From contig NC_057718.1 of NCBI RefSeq assembly GCF_004010195.1, positions 19,889,880-19,915,309 of the forward strand: a stretch of DNA of 25,430 bases, written 5' to 3'. Shown piece by piece: positions 10,179-22,214 of the stretch (the stretch's first letter is position 1; each line of letters begins with the position of its first letter). The translations under genes and the position numbers were made by a program. The notes under the pieces were generated by a model that saw only the letters and a program-made list of their open reading frames with translations, was not told where the DNA came from and did no database searches. Source of the stretch: Chiloscyllium plagiosum. Its lineage: Eukaryota.

Positions 10179-10784
10179 CTAGAACCAAAAGATTCATACA
10201 AAAGGTAAGATGTACACTTACAAGTTTTCACTGGCAACTAATGCAGCAAAATATAACAACCAGAGTTACTTCTTCAAAAGAGACAATTAAGGCAGTTCCT
10301 CAAGTACATTTGTCATCATCAGCAGAAAACGTGCATGAATTCCCATTGATTTAACCACAGTGTACCTGCTGCAGAGTTTTTTTCCTATTTACTAGGCAAC
10401 CTCCACTAGGATACTTGCACTGGAAGATCCACCATTCTATTACAGTAAAATTTATATTATGGCATAACATCAATCAGAATACGCTGCCAAATCGAGTCTC
10501 CAAAGTCCCTCCACAGGGGTAACCATTGCCATATAAAATACCAATGTTGTCATCAGGAAGTGATTGCAAAAGAACCAACAGAAGGATTTTTCCTTCACTG
10601 TTATTAGTGAAAAGAGTCAAAGGCTGAGAGATTCTGCAAGTTGCAGTATGGGTCAAGCCACGTCTACATTCAATTCCTACTTTTACCATTAATTGCAATG
10701 TATGAAGCAATAGTTTTGACTCACCGGCACCACCCAATCTCAGTATATGCCAAAACAGCATAAATTTTACTGCTTCTTAAAATT

Positions 10785-11138
10785 TTTATTCCAAGAGAGA
10801 TTAACATTGCTAGCAATTGTAGCCCATCTGAAATTGCTCCTTAATTGAGTGGTTTGCTAGGCCATTTTAGAGGGCAGTCGAGGGTTGATAACACTGCCAT
10901 CGATCTGGAGCCACGCAGAGGTGAGACCAGGTAAGAGCAGCAGATTTCCTTCCCTAAAGATAGCTTTTTATAAAATAATGACAGGTTCAATAATGGTGAC
11001 TGTGAAACTGTTCATATTCCAATATTTCTCAACTGAATGTTATTTCCATCAGCAGCAGTGATGGGATTTGAACCCTTGACCCAGAGCATTAGTTTCAGCT
11101 TCTGGATTATTGGTCCAGTGACACTAACACTACACCCT
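10785..11138 (-). mobile_element. tRNA-derived SINE, second family
   Basis: GACCAGGTAAGAGCAGCAGATTTCCTTCCCTAAAG and GGGATTTGAACCC. Homologous to 3150-3475. Confidence 0.7.
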
Positions 11139-11418
11139 ACACCAATTAATATTGAAAAGCTCCTTACTAATAGCAGACTTTTTTTTTTAATTTTAGAAAT
11201 ACACCAGAATGTTGGTCATGTATAGGTGGTAATTTTGTCAAATGATTATTGACTTGCTCTTTCCCCAGATATTTATTGGCTTTCTTCTTTGGCCTTGTGT
11301 TTTCTCAGATTGAAATCAACAAGAAAATAAAGCATAAACTGCAAATCACCACGCTAGTAACTTGCTAGCTGTTTTGCTCAGGGTGTGCCTCATCTGTCAA
11401 AGACATCACAAATTTATA

Positions 11419-11705
11419 GGGTGGCACGGTGGCTAGCACTACTGCCTCACAGCACCAGGGACCCAGGTTCAATTCCAGCCTTGGGTGACTGTCGGTGTGG
11501 AGTTTGCACATTCTCTCCGTGTCTGCATGGGTTTCCTCTGGATGCTCTGGTTTTCTCCCACAGTCACAAAGATGTGCAGGTCAGGTAAATTGGCCATGCT
11601 AAATTGCCCATAGTGTTAGGTGCATTAGTCAGAGGGAAACGGGTCGGTGTGGTCTGGTTGGGCCAAAGGCCTGTTTCCACACTGTAGGGAATCGAATCTA
11701 ATCTA
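11419..11705 (+). mobile_element. HE1-type V-SINE
   Basis: GGGTGGCACGGTGGCTAGCACTACTGCCTCACAGCACCAGGGACCCAGGTTCAATTCC...TGTGGAGTTTGCACATTCTC..., with tail GGCCTGTTTCCACACTGTAGGGAATCGAATCTAATCT. Confidence 0.88.
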
Positions 11706-11719
11706 AATTGTAACTACGA

Positions 11720-12015
11720 CTCCGACATAGAGGATAAGTCCTTTTCGGGGCCCTGTCCCTTTAGAAATGAGGATAATCTATTTCTCATAGAGGGTGCTGA
11801 GTCTTTAAATATCCCTTCCTTTAAAGGTGCTGGAAGCAGGTTCATTAAATATTTTTAAGGCAAAGACAGAGGTTCATAGATTTTGGACAAAACAAAAAAA
11901 AAAAGGGTAGAAGGTGTTGGGGTAGGCAGCAATGTGAATAATCAGATCAGCTATGATCTTACTGAATGGTAGAGAATATTGAGGGGTTGAGTGGCTTACT
12001 CCAGCACCTCCTGTA
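11720..12015 (+). mobile_element. CR1-like LINE 3' end
   Basis: gaaatgaggataatctatttctcatagagggtgctgagtct resembles EMRRNFFSQRVVSL, followed by the tail atcagatcagctatgatcttactgaatggtagag...gagtggcttactcc. Confidence 0.65.
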
Positions 12016-12079
12016 CAATTTACATGATCATAACCATGTAGTGTTCGGTTAACATGCAAGGTCTGTTTTCCAGAAATAC

Positions 12080-12860
12080 ACACAGAGAACGCTGGAGAAA
12101 CTAAGCAAATCTGGCAGCATCTGTGGTGAGAGAAACAGTGCTGAAGTTTAGTACCCAGTCTGACTCTTCAGAACTGCAAGGTGTTAAAACATCTTTCTTT
12201 ATACTTTTCACAGAGGTTGAGGAACAGAAAGAGGCAGGTAGCGTAAAGTGCAAAAGACAAAAGATTACTAGTAATGTCGAAAGAGAAAAGACGTAAAATG
12301 GGTGTAAATTAAGGTGTGAAAGGGGGAAAATGGGTCCTAACTAAGCAAAGTAAAAGACACAAACAAGGTGATGCAATGACCTACTGGTATTCTTGCTGGA
12401 TTGTCAATCCAGAGACCCAGGTACCTAGGATCAAATCCCATGATGGCAGAGCAATAAAAGACATCTGGAACACCATTGATGACCATGAATCTATTGCCGA
12501 TTGTAAGAAAACCCATTTGGTTCATGAATGTACTAAGGGAGGGAAAGTGCCACCTTCATGGTCTAGACCACACAGGACTCCACAATGTGGTTGGCTCTTA
12601 ACTACCCTCTGGGCAGTTAGCAAGGGGCAATAAATGCTGGCCTAGACAGCAATGCCCTCATCTTGAATGAATGAGGTAAAAAACGTTTTTTTTTAAATGG
12701 AGGCAGCGGAGAAAGAGATATACAGATAGAGCACGAACACAAGAAAAAATTAAGAACAGGCATCATGCAGTTAATTTCAGAAGTTACGAAATTCAATACT
12801 GAGACCTAGAGGCTTGTAAGTACTCAAGCATAAAATGAAGGTGTTGTTCCTCCTGTTTTC
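12080..12860 (-). mobile_element. Penelope-like element remnant (endonuclease C-terminus + pLTR), interrupted by a SINE
   Basis: 12855-12777 reads QEEQH[fs]FILCLSTYKPLGLSIEFRNF*, like the recalled EEQHLIFRLGTLQPxGLNIEFxNF* end of vertebrate Penelope ORFs. 12080-12175 resembles the pLTR end (ctgaagagtc...cacagatgctgccagatttgct). Confidence 0.6.
12367..12682 (+). mobile_element. tRNA-derived SINE, second family
   Basis: GGATCAAATCCC B-box-like motif, CCCATTTGGTTCATGAATGTACTAAGGGAGGGAAAGTGCC, and tail GGGGCAATAAATGCTGGCCTAGACAGCAATGCCCTCATCTTGAATGAATG. Confidence 0.75.
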
Positions 12861-12939
12861 CAAACTTCACATCACCCATTGGGAAGCCTTTTTTAAATTG
12901 TTTTTCCTTTGGAAGGTTGCCTCAAGTTCTTCCAAGTCG

Positions 12940-13057
12940 AGAGTGTGACGCTGGAAAAGCACAGCAGGTCAGGCAGCATCAGAGGAGCAGGAGAGTCGAC
13001 GTTTCAGGGGTCCACGTTCCTGATGAAGGGCTTATGCCTGAAACGTCAACTTTCCTG
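12940..13057. mobile_element. Palindromic Penelope-like short insertion with hammerhead core (+ strand 13020-13047)
   Basis: CAGGAGAGTCGACGTTTCAGG is inverted to CCTGAAACGTCAACTTTCCTG. Core CTGATGA-A-GGGC-TTAT-GCCT-GAAA-CGTC. Confidence 0.75.
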
Positions 13058-13271
13058 ATATTTATTTTGGTCAGGCTCAGGGAATTTAATGAAATTGATA
13101 ACTAGGCTCTCCTGAGTGTTGATCATTCAGACACAGCACTAACGTGTCTACCTCAGCTCCACACAATCTACACTTCAGCATTATGCACAGAGCAGACAGG
13201 GAGGGTGAGATGGACATCTATCCATTTCCTCTACTATAGAAAGGATAGAACAATCAAAATGCAAGTCAGCA

Positions 13272-13586
13272 TCATGGTGGCACAGTGGTTAGCACTGCAG
13301 CCTCACAGTGCCAGGGACCCGGGTTCAATTCCAGCCTCGGGCATCTGTCTGTGTGGAGTTTGCACATTCTCCCAGTGTCTGTGAGAGTTTCCTTCGGGTG
13401 CTCCTGTTTCCTCCCACAATCCAATCCAAAGATGTGTAGGCTAGGTGAATTGGCCGTGCTAAAGTGCCCATAGTGTTAGGTGTATTAGTCAGAGGGAAAT
13501 GGGTCTGGGTTGGTTACTCTTCCGAGGGTCGGTGTGGACTTGTTGGGCCAAATGGCCTGTTTCCACCTTGTAGGGAATCTAATCTA
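13272..13586 (+). mobile_element. HE1-type V-SINE, near full length
   Basis: A box TGGCACAGTGG, B box GGTTCAATTCC, V-domain TGTGTGGAGTTTGCACATTCTCCC, and an AATCTAATCT tail. Confidence 0.9.
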
Positions 13587-13902
13587 CTCCCTGGTCCATT
13601 CCAGTAACTAACTCGAGGGTCAGACAGTTAGAAAAAATTAACTATGGGAGGCTTCTATACAATTAAAAAATTTCCAGGTAAGTTCAATTTGAGCTAAATA
13701 TTGTCAGTTTTCATTCCAAGTGCTCACTCAAATAGAAATACTTTGCATTTACACATTGTTATTTTCTAAATCAAGCCCCTCAATAACACAGATCCCATTA
13801 TGCACTTCCTTCTAGCTAGTTCCATTGTACATTGCTACACACTGTATTAAAACTATGGCATTTAGATCAAAAGAAATTGTGCTGAAATTTCAATTTAAAA
13901 AA

Positions 13903-14400
13903 TCATTTAGGAAAATGGGCTTTGCTGACTGGGTCATTTATTGCCCATCTCAAAATGGCCCTTGAGATGATGGTAGGTGAGTTGCCTTCTCAAACTGCTC
14001 CAGTCCATTCGTTGTAGGTAGGCCCACAATGCCACAAGGGAAGAAATTCCAGACTTCAACCCAACAACACTAAAGCAATGGCGATGTACTTCCAAGTCAG
14101 GATGAGGAGTGGCTTGGAGCAGAATTTGCAGGTGGTGGTGTTCCCATGTACCTGCTGCCTTTGATGCTCTAAATAGTAGTGGTCATAGGTTTGGAAGGGA
14201 CTATGAAAGGAATCTTGGGAATTTCGGCCCTTTATCTTTTAGATGGTACACACTCTTGCTACTGAGTATATGATGAAGGGACTGAATGTTTGTAAACGTG
14301 GTGCCAATCAAGTGGGTTGCTTTGTCCTGGTGTCCAGCTTGAGTGTTGTTAGAGCTGCACTCATCCAGACAAATAGTGAACATTGATCATACTCTGGGCT
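13903..14400 (-). mobile_element. LINE (CR1/L2 group) RT C-terminal remnant with 3' tail
   Basis: ORF 14201-14383 contains QDKATHLIGTTFTNIQSLHH. 3' end reads CTCAAGGGCCATTTTGAGATGGGCAATAAATGACCCAGTCAGCAAAGCCC. Confidence 0.65.
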
Positions 14401-15376
14401 TTTGCCTACTTGATGGTGTACAGGTTTGGGAAGACATCATCACCACCTTCTATTTGGTGCTTAGCTCTCCGGCTTGCTGATCCCATCTACTGTACAATTT
14501 CTCATTAAAAACAAGCTTATTTCTTACTGTGGTGTTGTCTCAGAGGGCAGTTTGATGTCGACTACCATATACCTTAAAATCATTCAAACGTTTACCGATG
14601 TCCTTGCTGATTTGCAGACACCCCATCCTTCAATACATTCAATTCAAAATTCACACTCTTGTCTATCCTTCTTTAATTTTCTACTTGAGCCTTGTATCTC
14701 TTCTCCCACATTAACTGACTCCAATTAAAGGATTCCCTCATAAATAAATATACAAAGAAACTGGTCTTCATGTTCTACGTGGTTCAGCATCTTGCAGATT
14801 TGAAAACAACTTTTAAAATTCTTTTGTATGATATACACAAGATCTACGAAACCTTCAAAGGTTACAACTTATATAGAAAGCACACCTGAATTTCCATAAG
14901 CTGTCCAATTCAGTGAACTACAGACTGAAGCAAAGCAGTCTCAGGTTTCCTGCAAAGTTAGTTAGTGGTAGCCATTTGAAAGTATACAACGATGGCAGAG
15001 GCAAAAACAAGTTCCCCAAACACTCCTCCTTTACAGAAGCTACTGGTATCTGCTAGAAACATCTGTTCCTCCACCAGCTCAATGATCAGGAATTCAATTG
15101 ACTAGGTGTATCAAATGTTAAATCAATCACTCTGTCATGATGTTGCAGTCTGCTACCTTATGGCACTCAATACAGACAGGTGTAAATTCAAGGCAGAGAA
15201 TCTACCAAAACAGCCATAGAGTTTCAGTTAGACCTTGCTAAAAGTGACTGGAATTAATGTTGGAATAACAAATTCTTATTTCCTGCATGCTTTCAATAAG
15301 AAGTTGGCTAACTTCTTTGCCCAGTATCTGAACAAGAGTGCAAAGCATGAGGAAGAGTTAAATATCTAGACAAGGA

Positions 15377-15695
15377 ACCACAGTGCAGCAACAGGCCTTC
15401 GGCCCTCTGAGCCAAAGCTGCCGCATTTTGCTCTTCCATACTAAAATGGTCTTCACTACAGGATCTGTATCCCTCTATTCCCTTCCTATTCATGTACTCA
15501 TCCAGGTGCTTCTTGAAAGCTGCTATTATGTCTGCTTCCAGCATCACCTCTGGCAACGCGTTCCAGGCACTCACCACCCTTTGTATGAAAAGAGGGCCTC
15601 GCACATCTCTTTTAAACATTCCTTCCCACCACCCCCCCAAACCTTGAACCTCCACTCGGGAAAAAGCCTCATACTTTCCACTCTATTCATACCAC
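15377..15695 (-). mobile_element. CR1/HER1-like LINE 3' fragment
   Basis: ORF 15308-15655 reads FKRDVRGPLFIQRVVSAWNALPEVMLEADIIAAFKKHLDEYM, the CR1 ORF2 end, followed by the tail GGGCCGAAGGCCTGTTGCTGCACTGT. Confidence 0.88.
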
Positions 15696-18174
15696 TGACA
15701 CAATATTCCAAGTTCCAATATTCTTGGAGCAGGCACTCAGTAAGCTTAGCATCTTAACAGGAAAGAGGATAGACCCCTTCAAAAAACACTAGTTACACTT
15801 CCACTAGCAAGAAAGTCACTAGTTTAAAAAGATAATTAAGAAAACCTAATACAGAAATGGCCTTTTCCACCATCTTCTCTACAAAGCTTTTTGTGAGATG
15901 GTAATTTAGCTTATTGTTGAGCACACACCCACAGATTTATCAATTTGGTACAATATTATGCGTGACAACCAGTTTTTAAAATTTTTTAATCTTTAGCAGG
16001 ATGACTGATAAGTACTGACATTTTTCAAGACCAATATTCTAGATCTTACAGCAATGTGTGTTCAATCTCAATGTTCCAATATAGTCAGCACATTCCTATT
16101 ATGAAACTTCATCACTGTCCATGCCCTTACAAATAAAAATGTAAGCAGATCCAATTTAACAAGATTAATGTCCAAACTCTGTATCCGGGACAGCACATGA
16201 AAACTGTAGGAGATCCTTCTAGAATGTACAATTGCCTATAATATTCCTAAAGGAAAACAAATGATGCAGAAACTTCTCTTCTTGCATTCATTGGAATTAT
16301 TGCATTTGTTTCAAAGTTCTAATATTATGACAATTTATATTAAAAGGAGAAAAAGGTGCAGGTCATTAAGCAGGTCAACCCTGATTGGCTGAGGTATTAC
16401 CATAAAAAAACACAATAGGGACCATAGATTCCATGAGCTCCTGGGCAACTCAAAAAAGTCACAAGGCTTAAACATATTCTTTTTGTTTGCTGAAAATGGG
16501 ATTCCTGCATAAGAATGTAGTTTGCTTCAAGCAAGTGTAACTAAGCTGCGTTACCAGCTTGACTGATATTCTTAACCTCTTGTTAATTTGGGAAGTAATA
16601 CACTCAAGATTTCCCAAAAAGTGCTGCTCAATCATGAAATAACATCTAACAGCTGGCATTTGGTTTTGGGTTTTGCAGGCTGGAAACAGTCTGTACTCTG
16701 CATGTTATGAACAAAGAGAGACACCGTTTGAATTTATTAACCAATCACAGGGTTATATGCACATTATCAGACATCACTTTGGTACTGAAATTCAAACACA
16801 ACATTGCTCAAGAGTGTGGTAGAAGAATGCTCGTTTGTCTGAACATCTGACAACAGCATTAGTATAAAATACCACTACTACAGGCATTGCATACTAATAG
16901 CATAATGCCTGTCTAACCTGTTGTTCAAATATTTGAGCTACTTTGCCTTTTCAGGGTTATCTGATCCAAAGGTATCAGCTTTTCACCCATATGGGAGTTG
17001 GAGCAACTCACAGCAAACAACGATCTGATCAGGATAGCTTTGATATGTTTTTATTACTGAATCAATCTTGCACAGTGAGCAAAATTCTAGGGCTCTATTT
17101 ATCTTATTGCTGACAAGGCAAAACCTATCGCAAGTGAAATGGACCTATATGAATCCAAATGCAAATACTAACTGGTAAAGATAGGTCTGCCGCAGTGGAA
17201 AATCCAGCAGTAGATTTTTTGCTCAAAAAAAAAAAAATGCTGCTTTCCCTTCAAACAATTCAACATCATATGTGAACATCAATGCCTGTGTAATGTCAGA
17301 TATGTAGGCTATATGTTCCAGCAATTGGCCAATTGAATCAAAAAGCACATTACTTCACTTACTCATAAGAGACAGCATAAAGTATACTCAATCAGCAAAT
17401 GCTTGCAAAATCCAGAACAAAATGCCTGGTGTAGCACATGCCTCCACATATGGGCAGCATTTTCTGAACAATCTTGGGTTTACATAGTTACTCGAACATC
17501 CAGTTTAATACAAGCAAACTTGTAAAATGGATTATTTACATTTGGTAGAAGCAACATGCATTCAGGTTCAAAGACATGCTCTCCACAAACAAAAGGAACA
17601 TTTTTAAGGCTTAAACTTATTTTTCCCCCAAATTCACTTGGCTGGATGGGGAATCTAGGTTCTCACTGCTTTTAAGAGAACAGGGCATTGAATAAACTGA
17701 TTGCTTGGACATCAGTGGCACTGTGCATGATGATATGGTCAGAGTTGACCTTAGGCAGACCTAAGGTAACTGACAAACGAACCAGAAGTGATGGACAAAT
17801 ATCTTTTCTGATATATCCCAAGATTCCAAGTTGATTTCCAGTATAATGCAGAAATCCTACATCAAATAAAAATTGCAGATCTCAGCGGATCCATTGAGCG
17901 GTGATGGCTTGTGGTAAAGTTATGGTCCACTGTGTAGAATGAACTTTAAATAGACTTGTAACTTATCCCCCATTCCCTTATCCTTTCCAATTATAAAATG
18001 ATGTATCATATTGAAGGTAAATATCTGCTTGAGATGGAAATGATCTTTAGATCAAACAGCATTGTAATGAGAAGCTCCCATTTGAAATTTTTTTCTTAAC
18101 TGGACTCTCAACATCTAAAACTTCCAACATCAGCAGTAGATTATTGCATATCCACAAATTTAAATGAAACATAC

Positions 18175-18363
18175 CTCTTTAAAGCATGGTGAGGGATTTC
18201 TTATTTGTTCAAGCATGGCCCATTTTACAGTTGCTTGTCTTATATTTCCATCATACTCTCTGGAACTCTGAGTGCCACTGGGTGTTCCCCTTGACCTCTC
18301 ATAACCAGGTTCATTAAAATAAGGCTCCGCTACGAGTATCAAAGACTGGATTGACACTAGCAC
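18175..18363 (-). CDS. BIRC6: BIRC6 coding exon: [63 protein letters not shown]
   Basis: 189 nt / 63 codons. Acceptor ttttatttgcag|GTG, donor GAG|gtatgt. Contains the EPYFNEPG motif of the BIRC6/UBE2Z/UBE2O-type UBC. Confidence 0.97.
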
Positions 18364-18854
18364 CTGCAAATAAAATTCATAATTTGATTACAGTGGTGAC
18401 AACTGAATTTAGACAAGAACAAACCTGGCCATGTACAAAGAGAAAAATATCTTAAATTTTAGCATTTTACTGTAACAGGGTACTAATATTATGGAAAATG
18501 AAGTGTGCTACCAGGCTCCTCTTTACATTGAATTACATTTTTTGTAGGGATCCAAGTTCAAGTCATTCCCAAAATATTGCACTTTACAAGGAACAATTTA
18601 ACTACCAAATACATTGCTTTTAATTCAGACTGTTATGGTTGCTTGGATAACAAGTGTGCAGAAGATAAACTATTGCTTGGCTTGTAAATATTGTGGAATG
18701 AGATATCCGGTCAATAACTATTGATCGGATAGTTACAAGTCAGATTTCTTCAAAAGAATATCTGATTGCTACAAAGGAGCTTTTATAAACGTTTTGGAAT
18801 TTTCATCTTCATTTCTCACTCATCAAGTATTTAGCTGAAAGGAATAAACATTTT

Positions 18855-19000
18855 GTAGTGGTTATTTTGTAGTGAGACCAGCAACTCAGGGTTTGACATT
18901 TCAAAGCCGTGATTGCAAATTTGTGAAATTGAATTTAAAACATGCAATTTACAAGCCAGTACCATAAAAATAATCATGAAACCTGCTGGATTGCTGAAGA
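18855..19000 (+). mobile_element. Partial, decayed copy of the second SINE family
   Basis: GTAGTGGTTATTTTG head, GTGAAATTGAATTTAAA and CATGAAACCTGCTGGATTG resemble the 12367 copy. Confidence 0.4.
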
Positions 19001-21700
19001 AAGCCAGAATTTTACACCGTCTCCTTCTGGCACTTTTCAGGCAGAGTGGAGACTGCAAATTTCCCTGGATAGAGCTTCCCACTGCCCTCCCATCCACCCC
19101 AGACCATCTGCAATTTTACACGGAAGTGGGGAGGCCTACCCCAGCCTATACATATTGCTCCAATTGAAATCTCTTAAGTGGGCATTAGCAATCACTATCC
19201 ACCTGGATTAAATTTTGAGGCTAGTAGTACAACTTCAGGGATGGAGTCAAATAGGGAAGGCCGGTGAGACACCCTGATTTAAGCCTTAGGCCATGTAGAG
19301 GAATGAGGGAGCAGCCTCCCTTCCACACTGGGGTGAGTGTGATTGAGGGGAACCCAAAGTGTGTCATACACTCTCCAACACCTTATTAAGACCATTTATC
19401 TCTTTCAGTGTTCCCAACCTGTAAGGAAACCTATTCACCTATGTGCTCCTGGACTCCAGGAGTTTCAACGTGGGACGTGCTGATAGTCCCAGTCCTGGCC
19501 AATGCTGCTGGGTCCACAGAGTTGCAAACCAGTGCGCACTGGGCAGCAGTTCTTACTCCAGAGAGGGGCAGGAATCCCAGTTCCAGCAATTAACGTCCCT
19601 TGAAGTCTTTAAATATTCTTTGTAATTGACAATTCCATTTTCATGATCTATGTACATGAATAGCTAGCTCTTTATGGATATACACAGTTTCTAGCTTTTC
19701 TCTGTAAATAATGCTTAGAGCTATCAGTTTTTGCCCAAAACGGATGAACTCACATTTATCAATCAGAATTTGTATCCAAGCCAGTCCCATGATACAGAAC
19801 CAAGACGTGTTTCTTTGTGGATAGAGTTAATTAACTATTCAGTCTTATCCACTTTTTCCATATACCTGGTTCCCCTTCATATCTACCTACTTTTTTTTAA
19901 ACCACTACCAAACCACCTCAGTTCCTCATTAAATGACCAATTTATAAACCCAGTTTGTCATATCTACCTAGGCAATAACCGCTGCTTAACTACTTACACA
20001 GCATGATCAACTTGTGTGTTAAACTCCACCTGCCACAGGTTGACTCGTGTGTTTAATTTGTCTCTACAATTTTATTTCCCATCTAATGTACTTTCTACAT
20101 TGCCAATCTTTCTGTCAAAGGGCCACCAATCTAAAACATTTGTTTCAACAAATCAACAATCTGTTTCTCCATTCACAGATACGGTCAGATTTCCTCACTA
20201 TTTCTGATACTTTCTGCCTTTACTTCAGGCTTCCAGCAATCATAGCATCTTGCACAGAGTTACATCTCTCTCTGTTGTGTAATCAAAGTCACCAGTAAAC
20301 AGTGAATACTTGAGATCCCAACATGTTCACACAGGGCACTAGATGCTTCCTTCAAATAAACAGCCACTATGTCTACCCTGTCTTCTACCACCTAACTAGG
20401 TCAATTATTTACCTTCAATTCCATGACTTCAATTTTAGTTAATCATTCTTGACAACTCTTTCAAGGTCAAGTATTAAACTGCTAGTAAGAATGAAAGCTC
20501 ATCAGTACTGTCCAGATCCCAGGAACAAAAAAATTAATTGAAGCCCTCTGCACCTAGTATTCATTATAAATTCCCAACTGTGCTGGACCAAAGGACACAT
20601 GCAAACCTGATTTTCACAGCGTGACTCACAGTCAATGTTCTACTTAAATCAGTATTCCTGTGGTTAAATCTGATCAGAAACTTCAAGTCAAGAGCGTGCA
20701 TTTCTTTGATAAAACATCTAGCTACATACTTCATGAAATACAGTACTCCATGGAAGATGGGCTTTCAAAATCTTCAAAAAAAAGGCTCACCCTAAATTCA
20801 AAATTTTAATTTGCGATTTTACCTTTAGAGTGGATGAGTAGTTAACATTCAAGTAAACTAAACAACTATAGGACAAAGGCGGACAAGTAAGTTATAAGCA
20901 AAATTTAACGTAAATCATGAGCGAAGACAAGTATGTAGACCTAACAAGTTAAAAGGGTCTTTTCTTCAGATTTTGCCACTCTGTTTATTACCTCGGTTTT
21001 AAGAATGTTTTGCAGTCAAATTTCATTGATATTTAACCTCTTTCCTCAAACAATGAGCCACTATCAACTTTGAGATTAGAAAGTGGCAACTCTTCCATAT
21101 CATCAAAATTTAGCAGATTGTATCATAGTTCTTGACAACTTTTGCAAGGTCAAAATCATTCAAATTATGTAAAAGCTGTGAAGTATCTCCCACAGGTTGT
21201 TAAAATGGGGGCAGCACGTTTTGACACACTAAGCTTTTGTTCTGCATTGTGACCAAATCTGATAATAGCATTGCTTATGACATGAATTAATTGATTCAGA
21301 CCCAGAATTGAACCACAAGATATTTCATTATCTAACACATTATAGAAACAATATCCTCTCCAATTCCAAAACTGAAATCAAGAAAATACTAAACTCCTTT
21401 ATTTTTGTTTTTTTATTCTATATTCAAAGTACGCATAAAATTCTTAGATTTTAAAAACTGATATTTCTTGTCCCAAACCACATAATGTCTCTTGCAAATT
21501 TTAGTTCTATGCACTTCTGCAGTGACAAAATGCTTGGCATCTTTCAATTATAATTCATTGAACTATACACGAAAAATAGATTGCATTGCCTGAAATTTTA
21601 ATATTGACGCTGATAGGATGAACAATACTATTAGATTTAAGGACATTTTATTTATCAAAGACCATACTACCCTAATGAATACCAAATACTTTCTGCTTAC

Positions 21701-21778
21701 TTGCAAAAAACTAGATGTTTGAGGATTCCACTTCTCCTCAGGTCTTCCATGCCAGGTGTTGAGAATGCTTAAACAGAC
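21701..21778 (-). CDS. BIRC6: BIRC6 coding exon with the E2 catalytic cysteine: [26 protein letters not shown]
   Basis: 78 nt / 26 codons, translated by hand (not in the ORF track). Acceptor tcttttttccag|GTC, donor CAA|gtaagc. Cys codon TGT is at 21775-21773. Joins the flanking exons in frame (NDGK|VCLSIL, SFLQ|VLVS). Confidence 0.97.
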
Positions 21779-22214
21779 CTGGAAAAAAGATCATGCCAAG
21801 AGTCACAGAGACACACAATTACTTTGCCACATTGCTCAAGGATTCTGTGGGACTTGGCAAGATTTCATCCCAACAGATTCTGAGAGTAATTGGCCACTGA
21901 ATTATTCAACACTGAAGTGCAAATTATTTTTAATGTCTTAAATCCTACAGTTTGAATGTCATTTTGCATCAGCAGTACATAATAAACTTGACACACATGT
22001 CAAAAGGAAGACCACTTTACTGATTTTAGCTATGAGAGGAAGTAATCTTGGGTTAATTTTAAGTTTAAGAGCTGTTACAACTGAGCAATTTAAAATGAGA
22101 ATAAATTTGAGAATAAATCACGCTTGAGGGATAAAGAATGCAGAACCATTGCAAAGTAAGAAGCTGTGGAGAATGAACAAGGGCACTCAGATCCAAATAG
22201 CCTAGGTATTGAGT

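Noticed and set aside
10785..12682. Inverted pair of second-family SINEs as a circRNA or dsRNA driver
   Set aside because: The copies are strongly diverged and lie in the same intron without enclosing an exon.
13272..13345. tRNA gene candidates (also near 220-294, 11419 and 24440)
   Set aside because: The A and B boxes belong to SINE heads that continue into SINE bodies. No complete cloverleaf or Pol III terminator is evident.
15308..15757. Longest ORFs in the window (115 aa and 124 aa) as novel genes
   Set aside because: The minus one is a CR1 ORF2 C-terminal remnant and the plus one is its antisense frame.
16880..16912. Small hairpin ACAGGCATT / AATGCCTGT
   Set aside because: A 9-bp stem is plausible by chance in 25 kb of AT-rich DNA, and there are no snoRNA or miRNA hallmarks.
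20105..20250. Further Penelope pLTR-like remnant
   Set aside because: Too decayed: no hammerhead core or boundaries can be assigned by eye.
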